A DNA stretch of 64,000 nucleotides, from contig CAZCSM010000002.1 in NCBI GenBank assembly GCA_964501355.1, positions 5,884 through 69,883 of the forward strand. Reading direction: 5' to 3'. A model generated the notes under the pieces. That model was given only the letters and a program-made list of their open reading frames with translations, ran no database searches and had not been told where the DNA came from. Positions 28,608-37,823 of the stretch are shown piece by piece (the stretch's first letter is position 1; each line of letters begins with the position of its first letter). This DNA comes from an uncultured Candidatus Saccharibacteria bacterium (lineage in GTDB: Bacteria > Patescibacteriota > Dojkabacteria > CAZCSM01). Made by a program: the position numbers and the translations under genes.

Positions 28608-30334
28608 AGTTAATAAAACTTTTCATATTGTTTTGGGCTTACTTTATTATCGGAGCATGGGCGTTATCTGCTCTCGGTTATTTTTCAGTGTTGGGTTTCA
28701 GAATATTGATTGCCATATTTTTGGTTTGTATAGGTGTTTATATTATTAAATCAAAATTCCTATCTCAATCAAAAGTTTGTATTTTAAAAGCTAAGGCAAT
28801 ATACTTAACCTGCAAAAAAGATTTTTATGATTATCTTGCTTTCCTAGTCACAATATTCTGGTTCGTTTATTTCGCCTACTGTCTTTATAGAATAGTTCTT
28901 TTGCCTCCAGAAAACTGGGACAGTATGACATATCATTTAACGAAGATCGCGAATGCAAACCAGACAGGTACATTGTGGCATGATTCTACAATACCAGTAT
29001 CAAGAGTAAACGTTAGCCCGAGTAACTCCGAGATTTTCAATATGGTATTCTTTTCAATTTTGGGCAAAGATTTGATAGTAGAGATTCCACAGCTAATGGG
29101 GGCATTCTTCACCGTAATAGGTTTAGTATTTATCGTCGTTAGGCATTTCAAAGTCGATTGGCAAAAAGCTGTAATTGCATCATTATCTTTATTGACGATT
29201 CCTCTTTTTATATCTCAAAGTTACACTACTCAAAACGATCTTTTGTTTGTAGCGGTTTCGATAATTTCGATGTTATTTACTTTGGAATATTATAACTATA
29301 AATCTTTCTCTAATCTTTTATTTTGTATTATTTCAGTAAGTATTTTGGCGGGACTTAAATTAAGCGGTCTAATTGTAGCATTTCCTTGTTGCCTAATGGT
29401 TCTTCTGAGGTACATGGATTCCTTCAAAACTAATTGGAAGAATACCTCAAAATTAATAAAAGACGTTATTTTGGCATTGGTTATTTTTTTGACTTTAGCT
29501 TTGCTCAATTATATTATCGCAAAGATTTATTATGGTAAATTCACATATTTACCAAATGATTATAAAGCTATCTGGGGGATTGATACTTTTTTAGAGAATC
29601 TGAGACATTTTCATAGTTGGATATATGTTACAGGCGGAGAAGTTATCAGCCATGATACTGGTAGTATTGGTATGCTTGCCAAGGTAATGATCCCTTTGTT
29701 TCTCGTTGGCTTCATATTGGATTTCCTTAATTCAGAGAGAAGAAAAGGTGGGCGGATGATTATTTTCTTTGCACCAATATTCTTTACTCTTATATTTTTA
29801 TTTTCACATACTCCAGATCCTTGGGATTTAAGATTAGTTTTGTTGTTGCCGATAATCTGCGTTTATTTTGGAACTGTGTTTTTTATAAATCTTAAAAACA
29901 AGTTCATTGGTGGTTTCGTATTTTGTTACATTGTTATGTTTGTGTTTAATACCGTAACTGTTTTTTATAACGCAGATAAGCCTAAATTAATAATTTCCCT
30001 TGATAAATATCAATCCGGTTATGGGTTTTCAACCATTGGAGATGTTTTTGCTTATCGTCCAGACATCTCCATCTTCGAGAAAGACAATCTGTCTTCGGCA
30101 GACATCTTGTTTCTGGGCAGTGAGGATTCTTGGGTTTATCCATATTATAGATCTGATTGGAGAAATAAAATCGTTTTTACAGATGAAGATAATTTACCAC
30201 AAATGATTCAGAATCAAACTTATAAATATGTATTATTAGAGAGATCGAAAATAGATTTGGTTATTAATTATGTACCAAGTCATTATGTGGTGTTAGCAGA
30301 AGATAATTTCTTTAGAATTTATAAATTTTACTAA
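28604..30334 (+). CDS. GT-C-like polytopic membrane protein (ArnT/PMT/oligosaccharyltransferase-like architecture) candidate
   Basis: ~430-aa multi-TM N-terminal part with early loop LPPENWDSMTYHL (acidic-aromatic loop as in GT-C enzymes) and ~150-aa soluble C-terminal domain. Confidence 0.35.
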   Translation: MKLIKLFILFWAYFIIGAWALSALGYFSVLGFRILIAIFLVCIGVYIIKSKFLSQSKVCILKAKAIYLTCKKDFYDYLAFLVTIFWFVYFAYCLYRIVLLPPENWDSMTYHLTKIANANQTGTLWHDSTIPVSRVNVSPSNSEIFNMVFFSILGKDLIVEIPQLMGAFFTVIGLVFIVVRHFKVDWQKAVIASLSLLTIPLFISQSYTTQNDLLFVAVSIISMLFTLEYYNYKSFSNLLFCIISVSILAGLKLSGLIVAFPCCLMVLLRYMDSFKTNWKNTSKLIKDVILALVIFLTLALLNYIIAKIYYGKFTYLPNDYKAIWGIDTFLENLRHFHSWIYVTGGEVISHDTGSIGMLAKVMIPLFLVGFILDFLNSERRKGGRMIIFFAPIFFTLIFLFSHTPDPWDLRLVLLLPIICVYFGTVFFINLKNKFIGGFVFCYIVMFVFNTVTVFYNADKPKLIISLDKYQSGYGFSTIGDVFAYRPDISIFEKDNLSSADILFLGSEDSWVYPYYRSDWRNKIVFTDEDNLPQMIQNQTYKYVLLERSKIDLVINYVPSHYVVLAEDNFFRIYKFY

Positions 30335-30350
30335 TTTGGAATAGATTGCC

Positions 30351-31085
30351 ATGCAGAAATATTCACATAAGGGAGATCAAATATTAAAATCTTTAGATTC
30401 TGCCAATAACTTCACCAATTGGATGTACGAAGTTGTGTCAAAGAGATTGAAAGGTGATATCTTAGAGGTCGGAAGTGGATTTGGGACCTATTCTCAAAAG
30501 TTGGTTGCAGATAAAAGATTTGAAAACTCCAAATTTACTTTAAGCGATATCGACAGTGGATATGTTAAGTCTTTAAGGCACAAGTATAAGGATAATAAGA
30601 ATGTACAAGTAGTTGAATTGGATATTGAATCAAAAAAACAAAAATCAAATTTTGAAGAGAGTTATGATTCGATTTTCGCTTTAAATGTATTCGAGCATAT
30701 AGGAGATGATAATAATGCTTTAAGAAATGCTTACAGCTTACTTAAAAAAGACGGTTATTTGGTACTTATCTTGCCGAATTACAAATTCTTATTTAATACT
30801 TTAGATAAATCTGTAAATCATCACCGTCGTTACAACAAAAATGAAATTTTGGAAAAGTTGAAACAAACTAAGTTTAAACTGGTTGAATTATCTTACTTCA
30901 ACTCTGTTGGCGTAATAGGCTGGTTTTTAAATGGTAACATATTGAAAAAGGATGAGATAGATTCTAATACTGGGTTTCTGTTAAAGATATATGATGCAAT
31001 AATTCCATATTGGAAGTACATAGAAAGATTATTTATAAAGAAAATCTGTGGGTTGTCGCTATTCGTAGTTTTAAGAAAAGAGTAA
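30351..31085 (+). CDS. class I SAM-dependent methyltransferase
   Basis: ILEVGSGFGTYSQKL motif I, DSIFALNVFEHIGDD motif, 244 aa. Confidence 0.65.
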   Translation: MQKYSHKGDQILKSLDSANNFTNWMYEVVSKRLKGDILEVGSGFGTYSQKLVADKRFENSKFTLSDIDSGYVKSLRHKYKDNKNVQVVELDIESKKQKSNFEESYDSIFALNVFEHIGDDNNALRNAYSLLKKDGYLVLILPNYKFLFNTLDKSVNHHRRYNKNEILEKLKQTKFKLVELSYFNSVGVIGWFLNGNILKKDEIDSNTGFLLKIYDAIIPYWKYIERLFIKKICGLSLFVVLRKE

Positions 31086-31163
31086 TAACCATTAAGTGTA
31101 AAATCAAAAACGTATTTCTATCTATTTGCAATTAGAAAATCACTTTTTTATCTTTTAATAAAT

Positions 31164-31664
31164 ATGAAAACAGACAAGAAAATTGTTAAATATTCAGATC
31201 TTTCTAAACTTAAAGAGAAGTATAAAAAGCAAAAGAAAACTACAGTTTTCACTACGGGTTGTTATGATATTTTGCACCTTGGGCATGTGATTCATTTCAA
31301 TTATTGTAAATCCAAAGGTGATATCTTAATCGTGAGTGTAGGTAATGATAAAAATGTTCGTGAATTAAAAGGTCCTTCTCGACCAATTAATTCAGAGTCT
31401 TTTCGTGCTAGAATGATTGCGGCACTTGAGATTATAGATCATGTCGTCATCAGTGAGGAGATGGGGATTATGGATCATGACAAATCGGTTGAGCTTTTGA
31501 AACCAAATTTTTACGTTGTTCCGGGTACGGATGGTTATTTGGATGGGAAGAAGAAACTTGTTGAAAATAATGGGGGAAAACTGATAGCATGTAAAAGACT
31601 TCCTCCAGAGAATAAGAAGGGTGGAATTTCTACTACTATGATTGAGAAAGAATTGGGAAAATGA
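31164..31664 (+). CDS. cytidylyltransferase-like nucleotidyltransferase (TagD / RfaE domain II-like)
   Basis: TTGCYDILHLGHVIHFNYCKSKGDILIVSVGND carries the (H/T)xGH motif of the cytidylyltransferase superfamily; 166 aa. Confidence 0.65.
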   Translation: MKTDKKIVKYSDLSKLKEKYKKQKKTTVFTTGCYDILHLGHVIHFNYCKSKGDILIVSVGNDKNVRELKGPSRPINSESFRARMIAALEIIDHVVISEEMGIMDHDKSVELLKPNFYVVPGTDGYLDGKKKLVENNGGKLIACKRLPPENKKGGISTTMIEKELGK

Positions 31665-31689
31665 AAATAGATTTTATAATTAATTAAAA

Positions 31690-33399
31690 ATGCTCCGTAC
31701 AAGCCTTGTGTTGATATTGTTGTTTCTCATTCTTAATCTTATTGGGCTGTTATTTTCAAAATTATTTTTGAAAAAACTACGATCTTTTGATTACCCTGTT
31801 TTGGGCTTATCCTCTTTTTTCATTTTAAGTTCCAACCTTTTCCTGTTAGACGTTGATCATAGGATAACGATAATTTTATTATCGATTCTTTCTATGATTG
31901 CCATTAGGTATGTTAAAAAAGAAGATTTGTTTAAAATATTACTTAACTTGGTAATATTTCTATCTACAACTGTAGTTTTTCTTTCGACTTATTTATTTGT
32001 CTTTGGGTTTGATCGTAACATAACAGGCTATAACATATGCAATGATTCTGTAGTACATGCAACATTTTCTCGAAATCCTGAGGATAATTATTTAATAGAG
32101 GATAAGGTCGAAGGTCGCTATTATCCGAGAGCTGTTCATTCGGGGATAAATTTGATAAGCAATGTTGCACACGAAGATACGAGTAAACTTGTCATTCCAA
32201 TGGGGATATATTTTTATGCTTTTGCGGTTTTTCCTTTGATAAGAATCGTAGAATTATTTTTTGATTTGAAGAAAAGCAATTCTCGTTTCTTTGAGAACAA
32301 ATTATTTCTGTACGGAATACCAATAATTAGTTTAAGTACATATTATTCTCTGGCGATTGCATTCCATGGATTCTTGACTCAGGTTTCTTACTTATCCTTT
32401 GTGTTTCTAATTCCTTTCTATATTAATTACAGAAAATTGTATAAAAAGGATATTTTATTAATGCTTTTGGTTGTTGCCAGTATTATAAGTTATGGTCCTG
32501 CAGCTTCGATTATAATTTTCGCTGAATTTACAATTTCTTTTCTATATACTCTTTTTGGAAAAGTTAGGTTGGATATAAAGGTATTGGTTATGAAGTTGTT
32601 AGTTTATATTACGTTAGGTTTATTGTTTGCGGGAGTTAATTTAATAGATTTATTTCATGTTGCTTTAGCAATTGTGGAGCCAGGAGGGGAGGCGCAATCG
32701 TCTATTGGCAATCTTGTTGGGAAATTGGATTTAGACATCCTAACCGGTGTATGGGACGAATCTGATTATCGGATAGTAACTGTCAAGGATACCTTTGTTG
32801 GACAAGCATTTTTATTAATGAACTCATTGTTCTGGGTAGTGTTGGGCTCATTAATTTGTAGAATTAAAAAGCTTAAAAATAACAGGCCGTTAACGATTGT
32901 TATCTTTTCTTTAGTTTTTGCATATCTATTTATGGACTTCTATTCTGGGAATCCATATATGTTAAGTAAATTGCTAACTCCATTGACACCAGCTCTTTGT
33001 GTGCTTTTTCTTTTGGGAATAATTTATTTATGTAAAAATTGGATAGTCAAGTATTCTTTGCTATTAGTTTATTTGTTAGGATTTTTCTATTCGAATTATG
33101 TATTGATGTCGAATATTACGGTATTGCCATATGATTCTCTCTTTGAATTAGATGATCTTCGAACAAGGATTGAAAACTATGATTCTGTGTTATTTCATAC
33201 CAGTAATGATTGGGCTGTATATTATGTAGATAGTTCGGAGGTAGATATTAAGGGAATTCATTATTTTCAAGACACAAATTTTAAAGATATTGTTGATTAT
33301 GATTTAATAGTCTATGATACTGCTGATATTCCAGAAAATTCAATAAGTGGATGCTTGATAAAAGAAAGTTTCGGTAAATATATACTTTGTAAAAACTAA
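31690..33399 (+). CDS. large polytopic membrane protein, hypothetical (possible GT-C-like or polymerase-like)
   Basis: 569 aa, >12 hydrophobic helices with one ~60-aa loop; no motif recognised. Confidence 0.45.
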   Translation: MLRTSLVLILLFLILNLIGLLFSKLFLKKLRSFDYPVLGLSSFFILSSNLFLLDVDHRITIILLSILSMIAIRYVKKEDLFKILLNLVIFLSTTVVFLSTYLFVFGFDRNITGYNICNDSVVHATFSRNPEDNYLIEDKVEGRYYPRAVHSGINLISNVAHEDTSKLVIPMGIYFYAFAVFPLIRIVELFFDLKKSNSRFFENKLFLYGIPIISLSTYYSLAIAFHGFLTQVSYLSFVFLIPFYINYRKLYKKDILLMLLVVASIISYGPAASIIIFAEFTISFLYTLFGKVRLDIKVLVMKLLVYITLGLLFAGVNLIDLFHVALAIVEPGGEAQSSIGNLVGKLDLDILTGVWDESDYRIVTVKDTFVGQAFLLMNSLFWVVLGSLICRIKKLKNNRPLTIVIFSLVFAYLFMDFYSGNPYMLSKLLTPLTPALCVLFLLGIIYLCKNWIVKYSLLLVYLLGFFYSNYVLMSNITVLPYDSLFELDDLRTRIENYDSVLFHTSNDWAVYYVDSSEVDIKGIHYFQDTNFKDIVDYDLIVYDTADIPENSISGCLIKESFGKYILCKN

Positions 33400-33401
33400 T
33401 C

Positions 33402-35741
33402 ATGAAAATAGGATTTCTTTGTGAACGAATGCTTCTTGGTTTCGGTGTTGATCTTGTAATTCACAATCAAGCAGAGTTACTGGGTCAGATGGGTCATGAC
33501 GTTACAGTTTACACTTTGCGAACGGATGAAACTTTTAATAATAAATATTATCGAATCATCAAACTCAATTCCGGATTGCACCTCAATCCTCTCAAAACAG
33601 AGCTTGGAGTTGTAAAAAATACCGCTAGATTTCTTAACAATCAAGATGTCGATGTTTGGATATCTGAAACGTACCCATTCCATATATTGACATGGTTTTT
33701 GAAGAAACCCGTCTTCATAATAGAGTATGGCACAAGTTCAAGTGAAGGAATGAAGTTTAAGCAAAAGATAAATTTTTTCTATCAGAAATATGTTGATAGA
33801 TTATTATTCTTCCCTTTTTCAAAAAAGATAATAACAATTTCACAATATTTGAAAGATGCTCAGGTTCCTTTCTATTTACGACATAAGGCTATTCCTCAGC
33901 ATTTAGGAGTAGATCATTATATTAATGATTTCAAGGAAAGGAAAGGCAACTCATCTGCATTGAAAAAAGATTTAAAGTTGAACAAGGATGATTTCGTTTT
34001 GCTTTATGTAGGCAGATTGAGACATGAGGCTCAGCCGTATAAAGGTGTTGCTGATTTGATTGAAATATATCAGCAGGTTAAAAAGAAAAATTCAAAAGTA
34101 AAGCTGATAATGGCAGGTTATGGAGATGAAGAGGATAAAAAGAATTTGGAGAAAAAGGGAATAATTGCGTTACCTTGCGTTCCCAAAGAGGATCTAGAAG
34201 AATTATACGATTTGTGTGATTTATGTGTTTCTGCAACTAAGTGGGAGGGATTTAATCTTCCTATGTTTGAAGCACAGACATTCGGTAAAGTTCCGGTGAT
34301 TTATAATATCGGGCCTCATCCGGAACTGATGAATGATGGAGAACATGCTTTTCTTGTTAATGATCAGGATGAATTTATAGAAAAGGTTCTTTTGCTATCA
34401 AAGGATGAAAATTTGAAGAAGTCTATGGAGAAAAAGGCAATTGAACATTCTTCCAATTTTACATGGAAGAAAAATGTGGAGAAATTTGAAAAACTATTGA
34501 GGAAAGAGGTAAAGATAAAAAAGGAATATAAAAAAGATTGGGTTGATCTGATAACTCTTAACTATGATGGAAAATCAATAACGGAAGACTTGTTTAATTC
34601 TCTGAAGAAGAACAAATACAAAAATGTTAATTATGTAATGGTTGATAATGGATCTCATGATGGTTCCGCCGATTACATAGAAAAGAAATTCCATAATGTA
34701 AAAGTAATTCGTTCAAATAAGAACCTATTTTTTCCAAGAGGAAATAATCTTGCTATAAAACAAACGAACTCAGAATTTATAATGTTGGTTAACAATGACA
34801 TTATTGTCGAGCCGGATGCAATATCAAAAATGGTGAATAGAATGAAAAGTGATCCAATGATTGTAGCGGTTGCAAGTAAGATGTTGTCAATGAAAAATAA
34901 AAGAGTGATAGACTCTATTGGAACTGTGATGATGCCCGATGGTTCACCTTTTAATCGCGGAATTGGGCAGATTGATTTGGGACAATATGATAAAAGCGAA
35001 GATGTATTTGGTGCTTGTTTTGGCAGTGTTTTGCTGAGAAGGTCTTCGTATGAAAATGTAGTTGGTCCGATGGACAATGATTATTTCGGATATTTTGAAG
35101 ATGTAGATTGGTGTTTCCGTGCTAATATGTTGGGATATAAGATTGTCACTGAACCGGAAGCTATTGTTTATCACGCTCACAGTGCAACTTCCGCAAAGAG
35201 GAATTATGATTGGAAATTTTTCTTAATTCAGAGAAATTTTATCTGGACTATTCTCAAAAATTTTCAAAGAAATAAGGCTCTTCGAGGTGTAGTAAGAAGG
35301 TTGCTTGCATTATCAAGGGAGTTTGTTTTCTCCAAATCGCTTAGTAGGAAATGGGCAAGCTTGAAAGTTATTATGGCAACTATAATTTGTTCTCCGAAGT
35401 TTCTTGTAAAGAGATTAGATTTGCAAAGGAAAAGAATGGTCTCGGATGCTGAAATCTTCCGATTTTCTATTAACGAGTTTTCCTTCTTTGAACCAGTTAA
35501 ATATGAACCTATTTATTCTCTTGATAATTTAGAGAAGACTTTTGAAAGACTTGCTAATTTGAACAAAAAAGATATAAAGATTTATAAAGAAATCAGAAAT
35601 TTGAATCTGACAAAATCTGCTTCCGATGGACAGTGGGATAAAAAAGCAATTAAACTTTTGAAATCTTTGGAAAGTAGAATTGGTCGAGAAGACACAAAAA
35701 GATTTTTGGAATTTATTGTCGAGAAGAAGTCTTGGATATAA
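33402..35741 (+). CDS. two-domain glycosyltransferase: N-terminal GT4 (GT-B) fused to C-terminal GT2 (GT-A)
   Basis: EGFNLPMFEAQTFGKVPVIYN (GT4) in first half; ITLNYDGK..VMVDNGSHDGS..LVNNDIIVEPD (GT2 DxD) in second half; 779 aa. Confidence 0.7.
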   Translation: MKIGFLCERMLLGFGVDLVIHNQAELLGQMGHDVTVYTLRTDETFNNKYYRIIKLNSGLHLNPLKTELGVVKNTARFLNNQDVDVWISETYPFHILTWFLKKPVFIIEYGTSSSEGMKFKQKINFFYQKYVDRLLFFPFSKKIITISQYLKDAQVPFYLRHKAIPQHLGVDHYINDFKERKGNSSALKKDLKLNKDDFVLLYVGRLRHEAQPYKGVADLIEIYQQVKKKNSKVKLIMAGYGDEEDKKNLEKKGIIALPCVPKEDLEELYDLCDLCVSATKWEGFNLPMFEAQTFGKVPVIYNIGPHPELMNDGEHAFLVNDQDEFIEKVLLLSKDENLKKSMEKKAIEHSSNFTWKKNVEKFEKLLRKEVKIKKEYKKDWVDLITLNYDGKSITEDLFNSLKKNKYKNVNYVMVDNGSHDGSADYIEKKFHNVKVIRSNKNLFFPRGNNLAIKQTNSEFIMLVNNDIIVEPDAISKMVNRMKSDPMIVAVASKMLSMKNKRVIDSIGTVMMPDGSPFNRGIGQIDLGQYDKSEDVFGACFGSVLLRRSSYENVVGPMDNDYFGYFEDVDWCFRANMLGYKIVTEPEAIVYHAHSATSAKRNYDWKFFLIQRNFIWTILKNFQRNKALRGVVRRLLALSREFVFSKSLSRKWASLKVIMATIICSPKFLVKRLDLQRKRMVSDAEIFRFSINEFSFFEPVKYEPIYSLDNLEKTFERLANLNKKDIKIYKEIRNLNLTKSASDGQWDKKAIKLLKSLESRIGREDTKRFLEFIVEKKSWI

Positions 35742-36936
35742 GCTTCTTAACCTTGTTTTTTAGAGCGTTAACATTAAAGACTTTGTTCTCTAGAATTTCT
35801 ATTGTCTTTCTTTGATTATTAATTTCTCCGTCTAAGTGGGCAACGGCATTTTGGAAATTTTCAATATGCTGATTCTTTTCTTCTAGTTCTTTTTGAAAGT
35901 TTTCAATATGCTGATTTTTTTCTTTCAGTTCTTTTTGGAAGTTTTCAATATGCTGATTTTTTTCCTTCAGTTCTTTTTGGAAGTTTTCAATATGCTGATT
36001 TTTTTCACTCAGTTCTTTTTGGAAGTTTTCAATATGTTCATTCTTTTCATCTATTGTTTTTACAAGATCTGGTATTTGTGAGGTTTCTTTCTGTAGATTC
36101 TCTATATGTTTCTGTTTGGCTTCTGCTTCTTTCAAAAGCTTTTGAACTAGTTCTTCTTTCTCTTCGATTATCCTTGTTTGGTTTTCTACTAATTGGTGAA
36201 CCTCAAGCATTGGCTTTTTGTTTTGCGGAAGATCGCTAATTCCCTTTGTTTTTTCTGCAGAGATTTTGAATATGTATTGATATGCAATCGATTCCTTTTT
36301 AGTAATTAGATTAATGAACGCGGATGTTGTTTTTAATCCAAGCTTTTCAAGTTCTTCATTTAAGTACTTTGTTGGAAAATCGAAAGTTGTGTAATGTAGT
36401 TCATTAACAAACAGGTCTGCTTTTTTGATGAGATTACTGAATTTCTTTAAAGTGAAATATTGAAGATGTGTGTCATCAAGAATTCCTCTTTCTTCCGATT
36501 CGAAATCGCCTCTCAATAGTTCCAACCTGATTGATACGTGTGCAATGTTTGGAATAGACACAATTATGAATCCCTTCGGTTTTATGTATGATTTCAGTCT
36601 CTTCAGTAACTCCAGAGGATTCTTTAAATGTTCAAGCAAATCTGCGACTATAATATAGTCGAAACTATTTTTTTCGAACTCTTTTTCCCATATACTATCT
36701 TCAACATTCGCGATGACAACCTTCTTACACACCTTCTTTGCGATTTCCGCATCTTCCTTTGACAACTCTATTCCAGAGACTTGGCAGTTTTTTTGTTGAA
36801 TTAAATATTCCGCAAGGTAGCCGCTACTGCACCCTATATCAAGTATTTCGGCACCATCATCAATCATATTAACAATTTTGGTAAGCGAAACATTTTCATT
36901 TGAAACATCAACTTTTTGGTGGGAATATTTGCTCAT
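35713..36936 (-). CDS. SAM-dependent methyltransferase fused to a tandem-repeat coiled-coil tail; WbdD-like chain terminator/ruler candidate
   Basis: N-terminal ILDIGCSSGYLAEYL..IIVADLLEHL MT motifs; C-terminal ~150 aa of 15-aa repeats EKNQHIENFQKELKE x4-5; last gene of the wzm-wzt operon. Confidence 0.65.
   Translation of the reverse strand: MSKYSHQKVDVSNENVSLTKIVNMIDDGAEILDIGCSSGYLAEYLIQQKNCQVSGIELSKEDAEIAKKVCKKVVIANVEDSIWEKEFEKNSFDYIIVADLLEHLKNPLELLKRLKSYIKPKGFIIVSIPNIAHVSIRLELLRGDFESEERGILDDTHLQYFTLKKFSNLIKKADLFVNELHYTTFDFPTKYLNEELEKLGLKTTSAFINLITKKESIAYQYIFKISAEKTKGISDLPQNKKPMLEVHQLVENQTRIIEEKEELVQKLLKEAEAKQKHIENLQKETSQIPDLVKTIDEKNEHIENFQKELSEKNQHIENFQKELKEKNQHIENFQKELKEKNQHIENFQKELEEKNQHIENFQNAVAHLDGEINNQRKTIEILENKVFNVNALKNKVKKLISKTSSRQ
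35845..36048. repeat. tandem 45-nt repeat (about 4.5 copies) encoding the coiled-coil repeats of the WbdD-like gene
   Basis: plus-strand unit gttttcaatatgctgatttttttcyttcagttctttttggaa repeated head-to-tail. Confidence 0.85.
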
Positions 36937-37820
36937 TAATTTATTTTACAAATATCATATATTTCTTGGTGCATGGGGAAAAAGTCAAATTCATCATTAA
37001 TTTTATATTTATTAAACATGGATCTTCTCTTAAAGAATAATATTTTACAAGAAGGCTCAGATAATCCGGGATCTGCATTATTATTTATAATTCCTGTGCT
37101 TTTCGAATTCTTTCTTCCTGAACTCAATCCAATAATAACTAGATTCATTTCTACATGTAGGCCTCTTGTATAACCTTGGTCGAGTTTGATTAGAGTTTTA
37201 TTGTTTCGTTTTATAGATCTCGTAGATGATTCAGTATAATAGATTTCGTTTTCATAGACAAATACTGAATGTGGATGAAATATATTCACGATTTCTTTCC
37301 TTTGACCAACAATCTCAAATATGTATCCGTTTTTGGCAGAACTCCACCTCTCTCCTTTTTTGAGTCCGAATCCAGATATAAATAACTTATCTTTGTTTGA
37401 GTATAGAGAATTTAAGTGATGCGTATCATTTCTACCTTCTGAATCATTGGGCTTCCATAGAATTTCTGGTTTATCAAATTTTAGGTTCTTTTGATCATAA
37501 TTGTATTTTATTACGGAGTCATTTCCTGTGGATACAACGTAAAGATTATTGTCTTTTAATACAATAGAGTGTCCGTCGATTACTTCGGCAAGATCACTCT
37601 TTGCCAATACATCTGAGGTTTTTTTATCGATTATCACAATACCATTTGGTTGCGATTGGTAGAGAGCGAATATAAAGTTTTCATTTTGGGCGACTTCAGT
37701 AAATCCTGTGTTTGGAAAGTCTATGTTTATGCAGGATACTGAATGCTCTTCCGTATCTAAGATTGAAATATTTTTTTTGTTTCCATCTGTTTGATTACAA
37801 AAGGATATTGCTAATTTCAT
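36936..37820 (-). CDS. hypothetical protein, co-operonic with wzt and the WbdD-like gene
   Basis: 294-aa ORF, 3-nt gap to wzt and 1-nt overlap with downstream gene; no motif recognised. Confidence 0.55.
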   Translation of the reverse strand: MKLAISFCNQTDGNKKNISILDTEEHSVSCINIDFPNTGFTEVAQNENFIFALYQSQPNGIVIIDKKTSDVLAKSDLAEVIDGHSIVLKDNNLYVVSTGNDSVIKYNYDQKNLKFDKPEILWKPNDSEGRNDTHHLNSLYSNKDKLFISGFGLKKGERWSSAKNGYIFEIVGQRKEIVNIFHPHSVFVYENEIYYTESSTRSIKRNNKTLIKLDQGYTRGLHVEMNLVIIGLSSGRKNSKSTGIINNNADPGLSEPSCKILFFKRRSMFNKYKINDEFDFFPMHQEIYDICKIN

Positions 37821-37823
37821 AGT

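Noticed and set aside
35845-36048. 45-nt tandem repeat as a non-coding repeat or CRISPR-like array
   Set aside because: It lies in-frame inside the methyltransferase gene and encodes the 15-aa coiled-coil repeats. There are no spacers.
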